Shown here piece by piece: positions 1-12,963 of a DNA stretch of 64,000 nt (positions within the stretch are counted from its first letter, which is position 1; each line of letters opens with the position of its first letter). Source of the stretch: Fistulifera solaris (taxonomy: Eukaryota); contig AP026124.1 of NCBI GenBank assembly GCA_030295235.1, forward strand, positions 310,001 to 374,000, read 5' to 3'. The position numbers were made by a program, and so were the translations under genes. The notes under the pieces are model-generated. The model searched no databases, had not been told where the DNA came from, and saw only the letters and a list, made by a program, of their open reading frames with translations.

Positions 1-564
1 GTGCTTGATGCCTACCATCAAGTGTTTCGTTCAGGATTGATTATGAGTAGTCCGACCGATATCACGCACGTCATTCAAAAGGCGGCTGAGCGTGCCACGG
101 ATGCTCAAAAAAAGGCGGAAGCGTTCGGGAAACAAGCATATTCCATTCTACTGGTTGTCACGGACGGTGCGGTCACCGATGTAAAAGCCACGGCGGATTG
201 TTTGGCCAGAGTTTGCGATGCTCCGTTGTCAATTGTGATTGTCGGAGTGGGTCATGCCGATTTTACGGCCATGCAGTTTTTAGACGATGCCAACAAGTCG
301 ACACGCCGCGATATTGCGCAATTTGTGGAATTCAATCAACACAAAGAAAGCAGCGCTTCTCTTTCTGCGGCTACTTTGAAAGAAATTCCAGATCAGGTGG
401 TGAGCTACTTTCAGTGGAGAGGCATTTCACCTGGGAAACCAATAGAAGTAGAAGAGGAAGATATAATAGTCGCAGAAGAAGAGGAGGACATTGATTTGTC
501 GCTCGACTTTCAGGAGGGAGATATTGTCGTCACAGCCGGTGGTACGAGAGAAATTGGATGGTAA
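1..564 (+). CDS. Copine family protein, C-terminal vWA domain (5' part outside the window)
   Basis: YSILLVVTDGAVTD, PLSIVIVGVG.ADF..M.FLD, RDIAQFVEF and L.EIP.Q are copine vWA motifs. Confidence 0.9.
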   Translation: MLDAYHQVFRSGLIMSSPTDITHVIQKAAERATDAQKKAEAFGKQAYSILLVVTDGAVTDVKATADCLARVCDAPLSIVIVGVGHADFTAMQFLDDANKSTRRDIAQFVEFNQHKESSASLSAATLKEIPDQVVSYFQWRGISPGKPIEVEEEDIIVAEEEEDIDLSLDFQEGDIVVTAGGTREIGW

Positions 565-639
565 AACATCATGTAGGCACAAAAGTCAAAGTCAATACTT
601 TTTCATCGTGGAAAAGAAACGAACAACTAATTCTTATTC

Positions 640-3600
640 TTAGTGCTTTCTAGTTCTTGATTGTAATGCGGCAGCGACGTCACTACCCAAACCAAGGCCG
701 GCCCAGATATCAACGGGATCCTCTTGAATTGGAGCCATGGCTAGCTTGCGTTCGTGTGCGACTCGTGCGATCACTTTCATTGCAGCAATGTCGTATCCAA
801 TCATATCTCGAAGCTCTCCCAATCGTTGTCGAATCAAACGTTTTAATTCTCTTAAAGGAATTGCCAATGACTTGTTTGCAACAATCTTTTCGAAGGGAAA
901 GAAAAGGGAGAATTGGGTGAGCTATCTCTTGAGTACAACAATTATTGGTCAACGAAGGTTGTAAAGGGCTCAGAAATTTGGGTATAGGTTTTAAAGACTA
1001 CCACCATGTCTTTGTCTGGCGAGGAAACACTCTTCATAGCACTGCATCATGGTCGAATAGCTAGAAAACGTACCTGATTTTGGTGAGATTTGACCATGAA
1101 AACTGCAACTTTAGAGCAAAGTTCGACCCCTCGTCCATTCCTCAACAAAACTATCATGTAGTAAAGAAGCCTTTCTAAGTGACTGACGGGAAGGACAAGT
1201 AGACTTTGTTCTAGCTCCGCACTCCGAACAGTTTTTAAGACCCACAATACATAGTTCGCTGGCTCCATATTCAGCATGAGTGGATTTGGCTGTCGCGTTG
1301 CATCAGCACCCTGTGTTTTGCGGAAAAGTGCAATACTCTTTGTTTCTTGATCGGCTTGCTCTAGTGCTTCCATGATACGGTCACCCGATGATACGCTAAG
1401 AATGCTTTTCCTAACAGCGGCTTCACTTTGCGGCTCATCATTGGAACCTGAATCTGATTCTTCGTCCTCGTCGTTTCCACGCTTTTTGCTGAGAATGGCG
1501 GCGGTTCCGCCCTCATCGCGGTCGTTCACCCTATCAAACATCTGTTCCATCTCCCTTTCTCTCTCTTCCTCAATAAATACTATATCCTTAGTGCGTTCCC
1601 ACACCCGTATCTGTCTATCCATCCCACACGAGAGAACAAACGCGCCTGTTCGACTCACTGCCAACGAGTTCACCTCTCCAAAATGACCGCTGAGAACTAG
1701 TATTTGTTGAAAGCGATCACCGTCCCAATATCGAAGAGTGCCATCTTTGCTCGCAGTGAAGAAATAATGTGTTCTCTTAACAAACTTAAGATCCGTAACT
1801 GAATCTTCGTGTCCATGAAGAGTTCTGTGGGTGTCACCAAAGTCAAGCCCAAATATTTTTACCGTCTTGTCAGCTCCAGAAGACGCTAAGATCATGTCGT
1901 CATCACTAGAATCCATGGCAAGTACGGGTAATTTGTGTCCATACAGACTTAGGAAGAGCTTCAACGAGTCATCGAAGAACACCTTTATGGTGCAATCCAG
2001 CGTAGCAACGAAGACAAGCAGCTTGGAACTGTCAACAGAATGAGAATACCGAACAGCAATGACATCGTCCGACATTTGCAAAGTCCGAGTATGAACCAAT
2101 ATAGGGGAACTAGAATCGCCTTCTTCATCTTCAGCTTCAATCGCCCAAAACTTCACTGACTTGTCAGCAGATCCGGTTACAATGGTCAGATTGGTATCAG
2201 AACCAGCGAGATGACGAATGTCAACGCTCCAAATCGCCCCGTCATGGGCCCCTTGTTCGCAATACACTACATCACCGGCTGCAATATCAATCAGCAAAAG
2301 ATGACCTTCTCTAGTTCCCACAACAACATGTGTATTTCCTGGCAAAAAAGCATTACACAAGCCATAACATGAAACAGATTTGTTTCCTGATACAATTGAT
2401 GGAGAGAGCGAAAGTATGCACGATCTTGTGGCTACATTCCATATCTTAGTCGCATTCTTGGATACTGTACAGGCTAAGCGATCATCCGATGACAGCGCAA
2501 CGGAACGAATGCCTGTGGGATGGCCCCACATATCAATCGCTGTCGCGAGTTCTGTCTGGACTGTTAGGGGAGCGTCGCTACCAGGAAGGAGTCAGTCACA
2601 AAAGAGTTGAAATTTCGAAAAAAGTAGACGAGACACTTACGGTGATACTTTCTTCTTGCTAATTGTATGGACCTCTAACGTATTCGATGTTAACGCGCAA
2701 ACAATGCGTACAAGATCACCCTTTTCTCGAGTAGGCAAAAAGCGAAGCACGCCATCTTGTGACTGGCTCGAACTGTTGCAAGATATTCAAACTCATCAGA
2801 AGCTTTCAAAAGCTCAGGGTCGAGACTTTCTTCAGGACTCGTTTCAGCGTCCTCGTCAGAAGGTTCGAGGTCATCATCCAAGATGCCTCGCTTTTTGTCG
2901 GTCTTCTCAGTATTGCCTTTTCTTTTGATCTTCTCTTGCCTTCTTCGCAGACGACGTTGTCGTTTCTTTTGACTCTCCTTGGTGCTTCTGACAGAATAAA
3001 CATCTAGATTTCTGGAATTAGCATGTAGAATAGCAACGTACCGACCAGATGGATGATTTTGTATAGACATGATCTTCTCTGCTGATGTTGCTACATTCGG
3101 TGGCGGTGTGATTTTTCCCATGTAGAAACATACATCGTCTTCATTTTCGCCTTTTTCTTCTCCATCCAACCCTTTTGTTTCTAAGTCGTTTACCTTGAGT
3201 CGATTAGGCTGTCGCACTGACCAGACCCTTGCCTGACCATCACTGCCGCCAGCGATCATTCGACAACGTCTCTCGTCGCCTTCAGATGCGGTCAAGTCAA
3301 AGCAAGAGGAGCCCCAAACTTCGCCATGATGATTCGCGACGGTCTGCGTACAGCATTGTCCGTTTATATCCCATACTTTCACCAAACCATCCAAGCTCGA
3401 GGTCGCAAGACCGTCAAAGCCAACACCATTCACGAACATAATATCAGTGATACCTCCACGATGACCCAAAAGACGAAACAACCCTGTTTCAGCAACAATA
3501 TCCCAAATAATTACGGTTCCATCGCTTCCACCGGATGCCAGTCGACTAACATTATTTCGATCGAACGACACACTTCTCACCGGAGAATGACCGTGACCAT

Positions 3601-4054
3601 TCAGTAACAAAGGCTCTCGACGAAGAAAGCCCTCGTCAACGCCATCCTCATCAATCAATGACTGCACCATACCTATTGAGCCCTTCGATAATTCTTTTTT
3701 GTAAAGATCAAACACACGGACAGCTCCGTCGACCCAGCCGGTGGCAACGCGAATGGTGTCGCTGTGAGGGGTGGACGAAACATCTAAGCAGACAACTTCG
3801 TCACTATTTAATGCCTTGCCGGAACCGACACCTCCGCTCAACTGTTCTCTATGGCCTATCTTTATCACAGGTAGTCCTGTTTTGAGATTGATACCCTGAA
3901 TAAAACTTCCTGCCGTTGTCAAAAGGAGGGGATTCTTTGATCCATCTTCGAGAAAAACCAAATTTGAGTTCGAAGGCGGAGCCTTCGAAGAGGCGCCTGA
4001 AACAATCAAGCCGAAGCTATCCGCGCACTCGTATCTTAGATAAGTGTGATCCAT
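640..4054 (-). CDS. UTP12: U3 snoRNP WD40 protein UTP12/DIP2/WDR3 (multi-exon)
   Basis: N-terminal YLRY..FG; WDIVAETGLFRLLGH; SLYGHKLPV; FGLDFGDTH; ELEQSLLVLP (Utp12 domain). Introns at about 2578-2640 and 885-1073, plus a 1-nt frameshift in the homopolymer near 2737-2741. Confidence 0.92.
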
Positions 4055-4420
4055 AGAAGAAGTCGCTTAATGGTCTAGGAAGGAAGTCTCTAATGGTCGT
4101 TGATGTTTTTCTTTTGAACTATTTTGCGTTTGGTCGATCCTCATTGTTTTTTGGTGGTCCGCGGATGTGACGGATAGACAGACGGTCGTACAAAATGTTG
4201 GCGGATAACTATTCCACCAACGACGACTCAATTGAAAATCAGTCCCGCCTCTCCACAAACAAACAAAAACACGTCACATTTTCAGCTGACAGAACCTCTG
4301 CCTCACACGCTCCTTGGTACTTCTACTTTTCCTTCCCACAGCGATGGTGCTACTTGATCAAAACATTATGATCGCAAAAGAATTAATTATTGTCAAGCTA
4401 CCCCGATAAAAGAAACGATA

Positions 4421-5209
4421 ATGAAACAAATAAACAGAGTGGTATGCGGGTTTCATCTCGCCTTATTGCTATCTACTGTCGCTTGGGGCTTTTCAGTTTC
4501 TCGCAGCTTGAATTCTTGCAAAGCAAAATCAACTCTTGTGATGTTCGACAAAGCCAGCGGTGATTTCGACAGCTCAAACGAAACTACTGTAGTCACAAAA
4601 GAGATGTTTCTGCGTGACTTGCTGAGAGACCCTAACGAAGATGATGACGATGAAGAAGAGGTTGAAGTTGGGTCGAAAGACGTCACCGTGAAACGGAAAA
4701 ACAAGAAGGTACGAAGCGGAAGCCATAAGCCGTACAAAGTTCTTGATAACCGCGATACACTGCCTTTTGCTGTTGAAATCGCTACTCCGGATCCTTACAC
4801 ACACCCTGAAGTGAAGAAGCAGCGAGCTCTTACAAACTCTGCGACTCAAAGGAAGCGTCACGATTCTATAGAATCATCGGTATCGAGTTCTCTTTTCGTG
4901 CAGTCCAGTACGAAAGGGTCGAAGAAAGAGAAAAGCGGATCAGAATCGTCCAGCGACGACACTAAAACCTGGCTTGGTGATTTTCAACTCGATAAGCTTA
5001 CAACAACAGGCGATGTACTGGAGATTGGTGATCGACAATTCAAGGTCGTAAAACACAAATGCCAGTACAAGTATGCAGGCGGCAAGCGTTTTGTAATGAC
5101 GAGAAAGATTCTAGAGGTGAAGGAAATTGGTCGGTTAAAAACTGAAGAGTATTTGCAAGCACAATTCAAGGCTGGAAATGATTCGGAAGATTTCATTGGT
5201 TCATTATAG
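4421..5209 (+). CDS. Hypothetical protein, probably plastid-targeted
   Basis: 262-aa ATG ORF with a signal peptide ending VAWG-F and a conserved-looking C-terminus (TTTGD..C.YKYAGGKRF). Confidence 0.7.
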   Translation: MKQINRVVCGFHLALLLSTVAWGFSVSRSLNSCKAKSTLVMFDKASGDFDSSNETTVVTKEMFLRDLLRDPNEDDDDEEEVEVGSKDVTVKRKNKKVRSGSHKPYKVLDNRDTLPFAVEIATPDPYTHPEVKKQRALTNSATQRKRHDSIESSVSSSLFVQSSTKGSKKEKSGSESSSDDTKTWLGDFQLDKLTTTGDVLEIGDRQFKVVKHKCQYKYAGGKRFVMTRKILEVKEIGRLKTEEYLQAQFKAGNDSEDFIGSL

Positions 5210-5567
5210 CGGGGACAAGAAAAAATAATGTAAACTGTTTTCATTCCCCGCGTAGATGCTTCAGGGCATAGGAGCGGGAAATAATTATTACGCAGCAACC
5301 ACCTGTTGTTATTGTTTACGAAGGTTCACCACAGTTTGATACCACGTAGCACACGGGTTGAACATCGCATCTTGTGCTATTAAAGCTATAAATCATCGCC
5401 CTATCTATTCCATACTTCAACAAAGAGAGCTATTTACTTTTATGCTGCTAGATTCAATTATTACGTGATGTTGACATGGTCCATATGGATGATAAGAGTA
5501 CATGATCAACAAATGTTGTAGTTGCTTGTAGGATGCGAAACAAAACGGCCTCATCATTCTCGAGTTG

Positions 5568-6284
5568 TTACGACAGCTCCATGGAAGTAGATCCCTTGCG
5601 CATTTTAAGAGCATTCGCAAGTCGAGGTACAGCGGGCTGTTTGTTTTCGTGCTGGCTTGGCGAAGCAGCAAAGATTGGAATGGGAGGTGGAGGATCCGAG
5701 CTAATCGACTTGGAACTGGCCCAAAAGGAACGCGATGATTCTTGCTTCGAGTCATTGGAGTGACAGAAATGTTGTGCGTATCTCGCAGCACCGACGTTCA
5801 ACAAGTTTCGGCTGTGAAGAGGGCTGAAGAAGGGCTGCAAAACAGGAACGCGCTGTGCTCCCATGACAGGCCTGTTGCCGTCATCTTCGTCCACAATCGA
5901 GAGATCCGGAGAGTCGGGAATGAGGGGTGCATCCATCATCATTGGTGTATCGAACCGACGATAAAGATCGTATAGCTCCCTGCTAGTGAAGTCGTGCTTG
6001 CCTTCGGGTAAAGATAGTACAGGTTTCCCCACGTTCTCCGGAGTTTTTAAAGCAGATAAGTCAGGTGGAGGCTGAAGCGAAAGACGAGACACTTGGTCTA
6101 GTATGTTGGATAGTCCTTCACCGTTTCTTTGACACAGCGACGATCTGTCGAAAGATTCCGGGCGTCCATGAGAAGTTGCTTCCGAGCCATCGATTGCAAA
6201 CTGCATACTGGCCCAAGACGCACATGAATCACTCCTGCGCTTTTGCTGTTCATTTGAATTGAAAAGAACGCTTCGATTGTTCAT
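5568..6284 (-). CDS. Hypothetical low-complexity Ser/Pro-rich protein
   Basis: Long ORF; likely start MNNRSV at 6284 (preceded by ..ATATACG); no recognisable domain. Confidence 0.55.
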   Translation of the reverse strand: MNNRSVLFNSNEQQKRRSDSCASWASMQFAIDGSEATSHGRPESFDRSSLCQRNGEGLSNILDQVSRLSLQPPPDLSALKTPENVGKPVLSLPEGKHDFTSRELYDLYRRFDTPMMMDAPLIPDSPDLSIVDEDDGNRPVMGAQRVPVLQPFFSPLHSRNLLNVGAARYAQHFCHSNDSKQESSRSFWASSKSISSDPPPPIPIFAASPSQHENKQPAVPRLANALKMRKGSTSMELS

Positions 6285-7036
6285 CGTATATACTTTTCTT
6301 TGGAAATGCAAGTCAATGTTGAAGGTATTTGGTAGAACTCTTTGTTTTTGTGTTTTAGCATTCGTTGACGGTGGTGAAGGAAGAAATAGCGCAAAGGGGT
6401 TGGTAAATAAATACTCCGCATTTATAAAGAACGCCCTCCGTCCGGAAGCAGATGGCAAAAGCGTTAAAAGTGCTCCGAAAAAGGGGCGGCCCGCGTTTCT
6501 CATAGAGGGTACCGATATGGGAAAGTTGCCGCTCGGCGCACAACGGAAAAGTTTCGTAGGAACACATAGGATGCTTTCAGCAAGGAACAACAATCACGAA
6601 TTGGTGTGAATGGGTCAATTCACACATGTGATGTGTGATGGAGAACGGAGAGGTATCCAAAGCACGGTTTCGGATCATTGGATCTTCAATCAATCGTATA
6701 AAAGTACTCTTGACCAGAGACTACATTTTCATTGGTGGAAATTTCGCATGACCGGTGCAACTGTTGGCTGCTGGTACAATAAGAAATTATACGGACACTC
6801 TTCGAAGACTTCCTCCAAATTATGTTGAAAGAAACCAGCCGTCTGTCGAACGTCGGACATCGCCTTTGTCTGTCCGCCCAACCCATCTAGCGGGGCACAT
6901 CTTCTGGAACAACTAACAACTCTACCAATAAATACATCGATCACTGTCGATCAGAAGCAACAACAACAAAGAACTGTAAATAATGAATTCAAGAGGAACA
7001 GAGCCACACAAATAAGCCTACAAATCGTTTCGAAAG

Positions 7037-8235
7037 ATGACGCAGACAAAGCGCTATATTTTCACGGATAGGGACATGGAGCATTTCCTGCAATCCCCCG
7101 CCAAGGCAGAGCTTTTGAAAGTGACCGCAGCAATGGGGAAGTCTTGTGCGAATCCAGAGAGTTCCAGCTTTGAGTACGATCCTTCTTCTCCTTTGACGGG
7201 ACTGTCACCGGCGATGGCATCTTTACACGGATCTCTTACAGCCATGGAGACCTGGTTGAACGACTTTCCACCACAGCAGACGGAACACATACGATTCGGA
7301 AACCCCGCTTTTCGGGAGTGGCATCAGAGACTAGTGCAAAGGTCTAGTTCCATTTCGTGGGCAGTGATACAAGCTATGAAATCACATCCCGGTCATCAAG
7401 ATTACGGTGATATCATCTTGTCGCTTGCATGCGAAACGGGTAAGGAAGCAGCTGGCAGTGTTCTGGACGCAACGAATTTCAACGCAGACGATCGAGCCGT
7501 AGTCGAAGAATTGAGTGCATACTTGCAAGCTGCATTTGGGCATCCCATTCGACTTGATTATGGAACGGGGCATGAGTGCTCTTTTCAAGTTTTCTTATTC
7601 GCGATATGCAAACTCGGTGGCTTTGGGTCGACTTCGTCTGATCCCCCGACGGCTCAACGATTGAAAGCCGTCACACTGTCGATTTGGAGTGCTTATTTGC
7701 GAGTGACGCGGAGGTTACAAACAGATTACATGCTAGAACCAGCAGGTAGTCATGGCGTTTGGGGTCTAGACGATTATCACTGTTTACCCTTCTTCTTCGG
7801 TGCCTCTCAACTTGAACAACACGGCGATGACTTTACACCCAAATCAATCCACGACGATAGTGTCATATCTAAAGAAGGAGACCGCTTTCTATACTTTGGC
7901 TGCATTCGTTACATTAAGGCTCTCAAGAAGGGAGTTCCGTTTTTGAAAGCTCTCCCATGCTGAACGATATCAGTCACTTGAATAGCTGGGAGAAAGTAGC
8001 GTCGGGATTACTGCGTCTCTTCGAAGGTGAAGTATTGAAAAAACGGCAAGTTGTGCAGCATTTCGTATTTGGAGAGATCTTCAAAGCCAACTGGAAGCCA
8101 AGCGATACGCCCCGAACGGCGCCAGAGGAAACATTTCGGACCGATCCGGGTGTACCTACCATGGCTCGTGCTCCATGGGCCACCAATCAGTCTTCTAGCA
8201 ATTTACCGTCTACCAAAGCGCCGTGGGCGAAATAG
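7037..8235 (+). CDS. PTPA: PP2A phosphotyrosyl phosphatase activator (PTPA/RRD)
   Basis: RFGNPAFR.WH, FGHPIRLDYGTGHE, LEPAGSHGVWGLDDYH, SPML.DIS, EVL.K..VVQHF.FG. One T missing in the run at about 7940 (PFFESSPM). Confidence 0.95.
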
Positions 8236-8250
8236 GTTAACTCTGATTCT

Positions 8251-10907
8251 TCAGTCTCGGATGCGAAGGTTCTTTGGATCGTAAAACGGTTCTAATGACA
8301 CCTCACAGGGGTAGAATTGGTTCCCAACCTCAACTTCCCAGTTCCCCTCTGTGAGAAATGATTTCGTTATGGGTTCTGCAAATTGCAACATAGCCAGGCC
8401 AACCGATCCTTTTAGCGTATGTCCATATGACGCGGCGCGAATATCAGCGATCCGAACGCCGTCCCTCCATAGAATTTCTCCGTGGTGTAACATAACATCT
8501 TTATCCAAGCACAAAACACTCGCCATTCTTCGTTTGAGTCCACCATCGCGTTTGGCCTGATTCCTATGATTTATGACGCATTTTTGACCGATAAATGGTT
8601 CTTCTTTAGTAAAATCACAAGTAAAGCCCAGACCGCATTCTAAAAGATTATCACCATTATCCATATCATGACCGTAGTCACGGTAGCCCTTTTCCTGAAT
8701 CGATAGAAAGCAACACGTTAGTTTGTACCACCTGAGATCGTAAGCATTTGTACTTACAAGACGGAGACTTCCCAAAGCTTTCAGACCAGCGTGTCGAAGA
8801 TTGTGTGTATCCCCAGCTTGAACTATTTGATGGTAAACTTGTCTAGCCTGTTCCACAGGAACAAAGAGCTCGTACCCCAATTCTCCAACGTAAGTTATTC
8901 GTGCACACATAGCTCTTGCAAGACCAATGTCTATCTCCTCCACATCCCGAAATGCGAGCGAATGAAGATTCTTATCGGTTAAGACTTGAAGCAGATCACG
9001 TGACTTGGGTCCTTGAACGTTGATCTGCGCATACCTAGCCGTTAAGTCCGTCAGGGAAATATGGTCGGTCCGAGTCAACCTTTTCTGCATGTGATTGATC
9101 ACCTGATTGTGCATGTTATCAGTTGCCACCACCATGAAGTTATACTCATCAATTTTTACTACAGTCAAGTCAGCTGCCATGAATCCTTTCTCCGTAAGCC
9201 ATTGAGTATACGTAATTCGACCGGGCGGTCCATTCACATTGGCAGTGGAAAGACGATTCAAGAATGTACCAGCGTCGTTCCCTGTGACGAGTATTTTTGT
9301 CATAAAGCTCATATCGAACAGAGCCACATCGTTTCGACACGACTTGTGCTCAGCAGCCCAATAATCAAACCAATTCTCCCTTCCAAAGCTCTCTCGCTCC
9401 ACCTTTGGAAGCACGCCCTCCGGTGCATACCACATGGGAGATTCCCATCCACTCACATCTTTGAAATATGCGTTGCGACGTATCAAACAGTCGTGTAACG
9501 CAGACTGTTTTGCGCCACGGCAAGTCTTGGGTTGGTGATTCGGATAATGAACTTGATAGGTTTTGCCGAGTGCTTCACCAACACGTTTCTCTCTATATTG
9601 TTTGTTGTTCTGATATTTGTGAAACCGCACTGCATCAATGCCAGTCACATCCACATTGTTCGGTGCATATCCATCTTTGACCCAGTGCGCTAAAATATGT
9701 CCTACTCCACCACCGGTAAGAATCCCGAGAGAATTCAAGCCACATGCGACAAAATAATTTCGAAGTTCTTTGGATTCGCCGACAATGGGTGCATTGTCGG
9801 GCGTGAACGACTCTGGACCACAGAATAGTTTCTTAATTCCCGCATGTTGGACCGCGGGTACCAATTCCATGGCCTTTTCAATATACGGAGCCATACGATC
9901 CCAATCTGGTTCAATTTCTCCAAAATGGAAATCGTTGGGTATTCTTCCCCCTTCCACGATTCTCCTGTGCCCTCGAACAAACCAAGCATCAATCCCTGCC
10001 CCTCAGGTCGAACATAAACATAGCGACTCGCATCTTCAATAACGGGCCAATTAGTATCGACTCCTTCCATCGGTTCCGTGATGAGATAATAATGCTCCGC
10101 TGCTTGATTGGGTATGGAGGGAACACCGCAAGCCTCGGCGAATTGTCGAGCCCACATGCCAGCGCAATTGACTACCTTGTCGGCCTGTACGCACGAACCA
10201 TCTGCTAAGATCACACCCGCAACAGAAGGCAAAAAGCCACCTGACGACATGGTAGTTTTGACTCCGGTCACACTGACTCCTTCGCGAATGGTAACTCCAT
10301 TCTGTCGGGCTCCCCGTGCGAATGCCATGGTCGCATCGGTGGGATTGGCTCTCCCATCGGATTCGACATAAAATCCCGCGAGTACAGTGGATACATCACA
10401 CAGTGGGAACCGATCTTTCACTTCTCCGGGGCTAATTTCCTGAACATGGACTCCACAATACCGATTGAAGGCTGCCGTCCGACGATACGCTTCGAGTCGA
10501 TCTTCATCACAAGCCAATTCGATAAATCCGATTTCTTTCCATCCCGTCGACAATCCCGTTTCATCCGGTAATATATGTTTGTACAATTCTTTCGTATATT
10601 GTCGCATCCATGTCGAAGTGGAACTCATAGAACCGAATGTGTTGATTAAACCGGCCGCGTGCCACGTCGTTCCGGACGTCAGTCGATGTTGTTCCAACAA
10701 CAATACATCTTGCACTCCCAATCGGGCCAAATGATAGGCAACAGATGTTCCGATAATTCCTCCGCCGATTACAATGACATGGGCTTTTTCGGGTAAAGAC
10801 ATGTCACTGGTAGACGTTGTTGTCAGCGAAGCCAATCCTTGTTTTCTGTAACAGAAGGAGAGCTGACTGGTCGGTCGATCAATTGCTATCCTTCGGATGC
10901 TATGCAT
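8251..10907 (-). CDS. Sarcosine/dimethylglycine dehydrogenase (FAD DAO domain + GcvT folate domain), mitochondrial-type presequence
   Basis: IGGGIIG, LTSGTTWHAAG, GPESFTPD, GWESPMWY, ITYVGELGYEL, LRLEKGY. Frameshift at about 9955; in-frame 63-bp GT-AG intron 8695-8757. Confidence 0.92.
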
Positions 10908-11480
10908 AATTCGCAAGGCTGCAACAGTAGTGTCGAGTAGGTAACGGAGACTGAGAAGATTAAGAATCGTTAGAACCTTTACAAAAGGGGATATCGAAAG
11001 GAATTAAAAGTGTTTTGTTTTGTTTTGTTTTGTTTTGATTGCTTCCAAAGAATGAATCAAAGAAAAAAGTCAAGTCCTCCGAAGTACTATACATCAAAGT
11101 GTAAGCAACCTTTCGACAAGACTGCATTTCAGTCATGATCATCACCATGCGTTACCCGACGACGAAAACCACACGGCTATCACGAAATGGACCTCTAGAC
11201 AAGTAACCAGTATAATTAATAGTCGAGAAGTGCCCTTCATTATTTGAAACTTGCGAAGCTACGCCTATCAGAGTTGCCTTTTGTTCTTCACTGACTGTTT
11301 TGTTGACAAAGGAGACAAAGCGAAGCGATTGCTGCCCTCTAAAGAAAACGCTCGTTGGGTAGAGCCTTTCTGTTTGTCGCTCACAAACACTACAAATCAG
11401 CATTTCTATACCGCTACAAGTCATCCCCTAGCACTTGCGTTTTTTTCGCTTGTGATTCACTTTTTAAAAATATATACATC

Positions 11481-11876
11481 ATGGCAGATTGGTGTAGCAA
11501 AATCAGTCTCTTTTCGTGGTTTTCAGGGGACTCCACCGACGGAAAGAATCCGCAGCCTTCCAACCATGCGACTAGGAATCATGCGAGTTCCGAGCGGCCC
11601 GCGGATGTGAACGAGTTGAAAGCAGACGAAACTACGCAACGCACGAAGCCGTCGCAACGGCGTGACACACCATGTCGTTCCTTCAACAAATACTCCAAGA
11701 ATGAAAACACGATATACTTTCATAAAGCCTCGGGGACAAATTTTGATGCTAAAGTAGTGGGAGTTCATTTTGATGACGATCCCGAGAATCCGTATTACAC
11801 CATTCAGTATACAGCCAGGGATGGAGAAAAGGTGGAACGTCAAACGACGGAAGATCGGTTGCTGCCTGTGGAATGA
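11481..11876 (+). CDS. Small hypothetical protein with a C-terminal beta-rich (SH3/Tudor-like, inferred) domain
   Basis: ATG at 11481 (MADWCSK); C-terminal AKVVGVHFDD.P..PYYTI.Y....ERQT. Confidence 0.65.
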   Translation: MADWCSKISLFSWFSGDSTDGKNPQPSNHATRNHASSERPADVNELKADETTQRTKPSQRRDTPCRSFNKYSKNENTIYFHKASGTNFDAKVVGVHFDDDPENPYYTIQYTARDGEKVERQTTEDRLLPVE

Positions 11877-12963
11877 GACTAATATTTTCAAAGAAAGAAT
11901 ACTCAAAACTCTGTCAACCCCTTGCGTTTTGTCTCAAGTGACCGACAGGCATCTGGAAGTAGTCCTATATAGATGGCCTTAGCTTGGTAGTTTTGCTGAC
12001 GGATCAGATCTATGTGCTGTGTGTGCGTCTGCTGGAGAGAGAGAGAGAAAGACGACACAATGGAAACAAGTGCGGTGGATACGGATACTTACCTCCCTGT
12101 GGATACCTTGTCAGTAACAAAGCGGCAAGAGGGGATAGGTACAAAGACGAAAGCGGATAAATCGATCAAAAAGGTACAAGTCATGCATATTATTATGTTA
12201 TTTTCCGGATTGTCTAGTCGCGAGACTACAATAGAGAGGACTGCCCGTTTAAAAGTTACTATTACCACGTACAATGGACAACGGACAATGGCCACCGGAA
12301 AGCGGAAACCGGAAATTTGTTTCGTTTTTGAACACCCGGAGCCCGGAGCATGAAGCACGGACCATGGAGCATGCTCGCGACTCGCGAAGATAATTGGTGT
12401 AGTCGGAATTTGGAATCATTATTGGGGGAAAGACATCTAGACATCTATTCGCGTAGTCAAACAACAAAAGAAGTTATTGTTAACCAACAACTAACAACTA
12501 ACCGCCAGCTGACTTCTGTCTTCTGTAACATATCATCAAAACATTTAAAGTAATGGTGTTCTGACTCAGAGAAAATAGGAATAATCAAATTATTTTGTAT
12601 AGTTCGACACTCTCTCAAAGAAACTTAAGTTCCTCAATACTCATTACCATCAAAAAATCAAAACAGAAACTATCAATTATCAAGCGAACCGGAAACCGGA
12701 ACGTATATCGTAGACAGACACCAGACACCAGACCCTCACACCACGAAGCACCAGCACCAGGTTCCGGATACCAGATACCATCAGGTTCCGGATACCATCA
12801 GGTCCCGGGTACAGTACCAGGTACTGGTCCACGTTCTGAAAGCACGACTCATCATCATATTATCACAAAACTATCGAACAAACGATTTCGTCAAGATCTC
12901 ATAAAAAACGAATATTCCAAAAAGTGAACAGAATTTTTCTTCCCTAACTTGCAAAAAATTATC

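Noticed and set aside
6259..6609. Overlapping ORFs and the N-terminal extension of the 5568-6593 ORF
   Set aside because: Non-ATG starts and promoter-like composition; the first plausible ATG is at 6284.
8695..8757. 21-aa insertion in the dehydrogenase (VSTNAYDLRWYKLTCCFLSIQ)
   Set aside because: It is an in-frame, stop-free GT-AG intron; removing it restores LRLEKGY.
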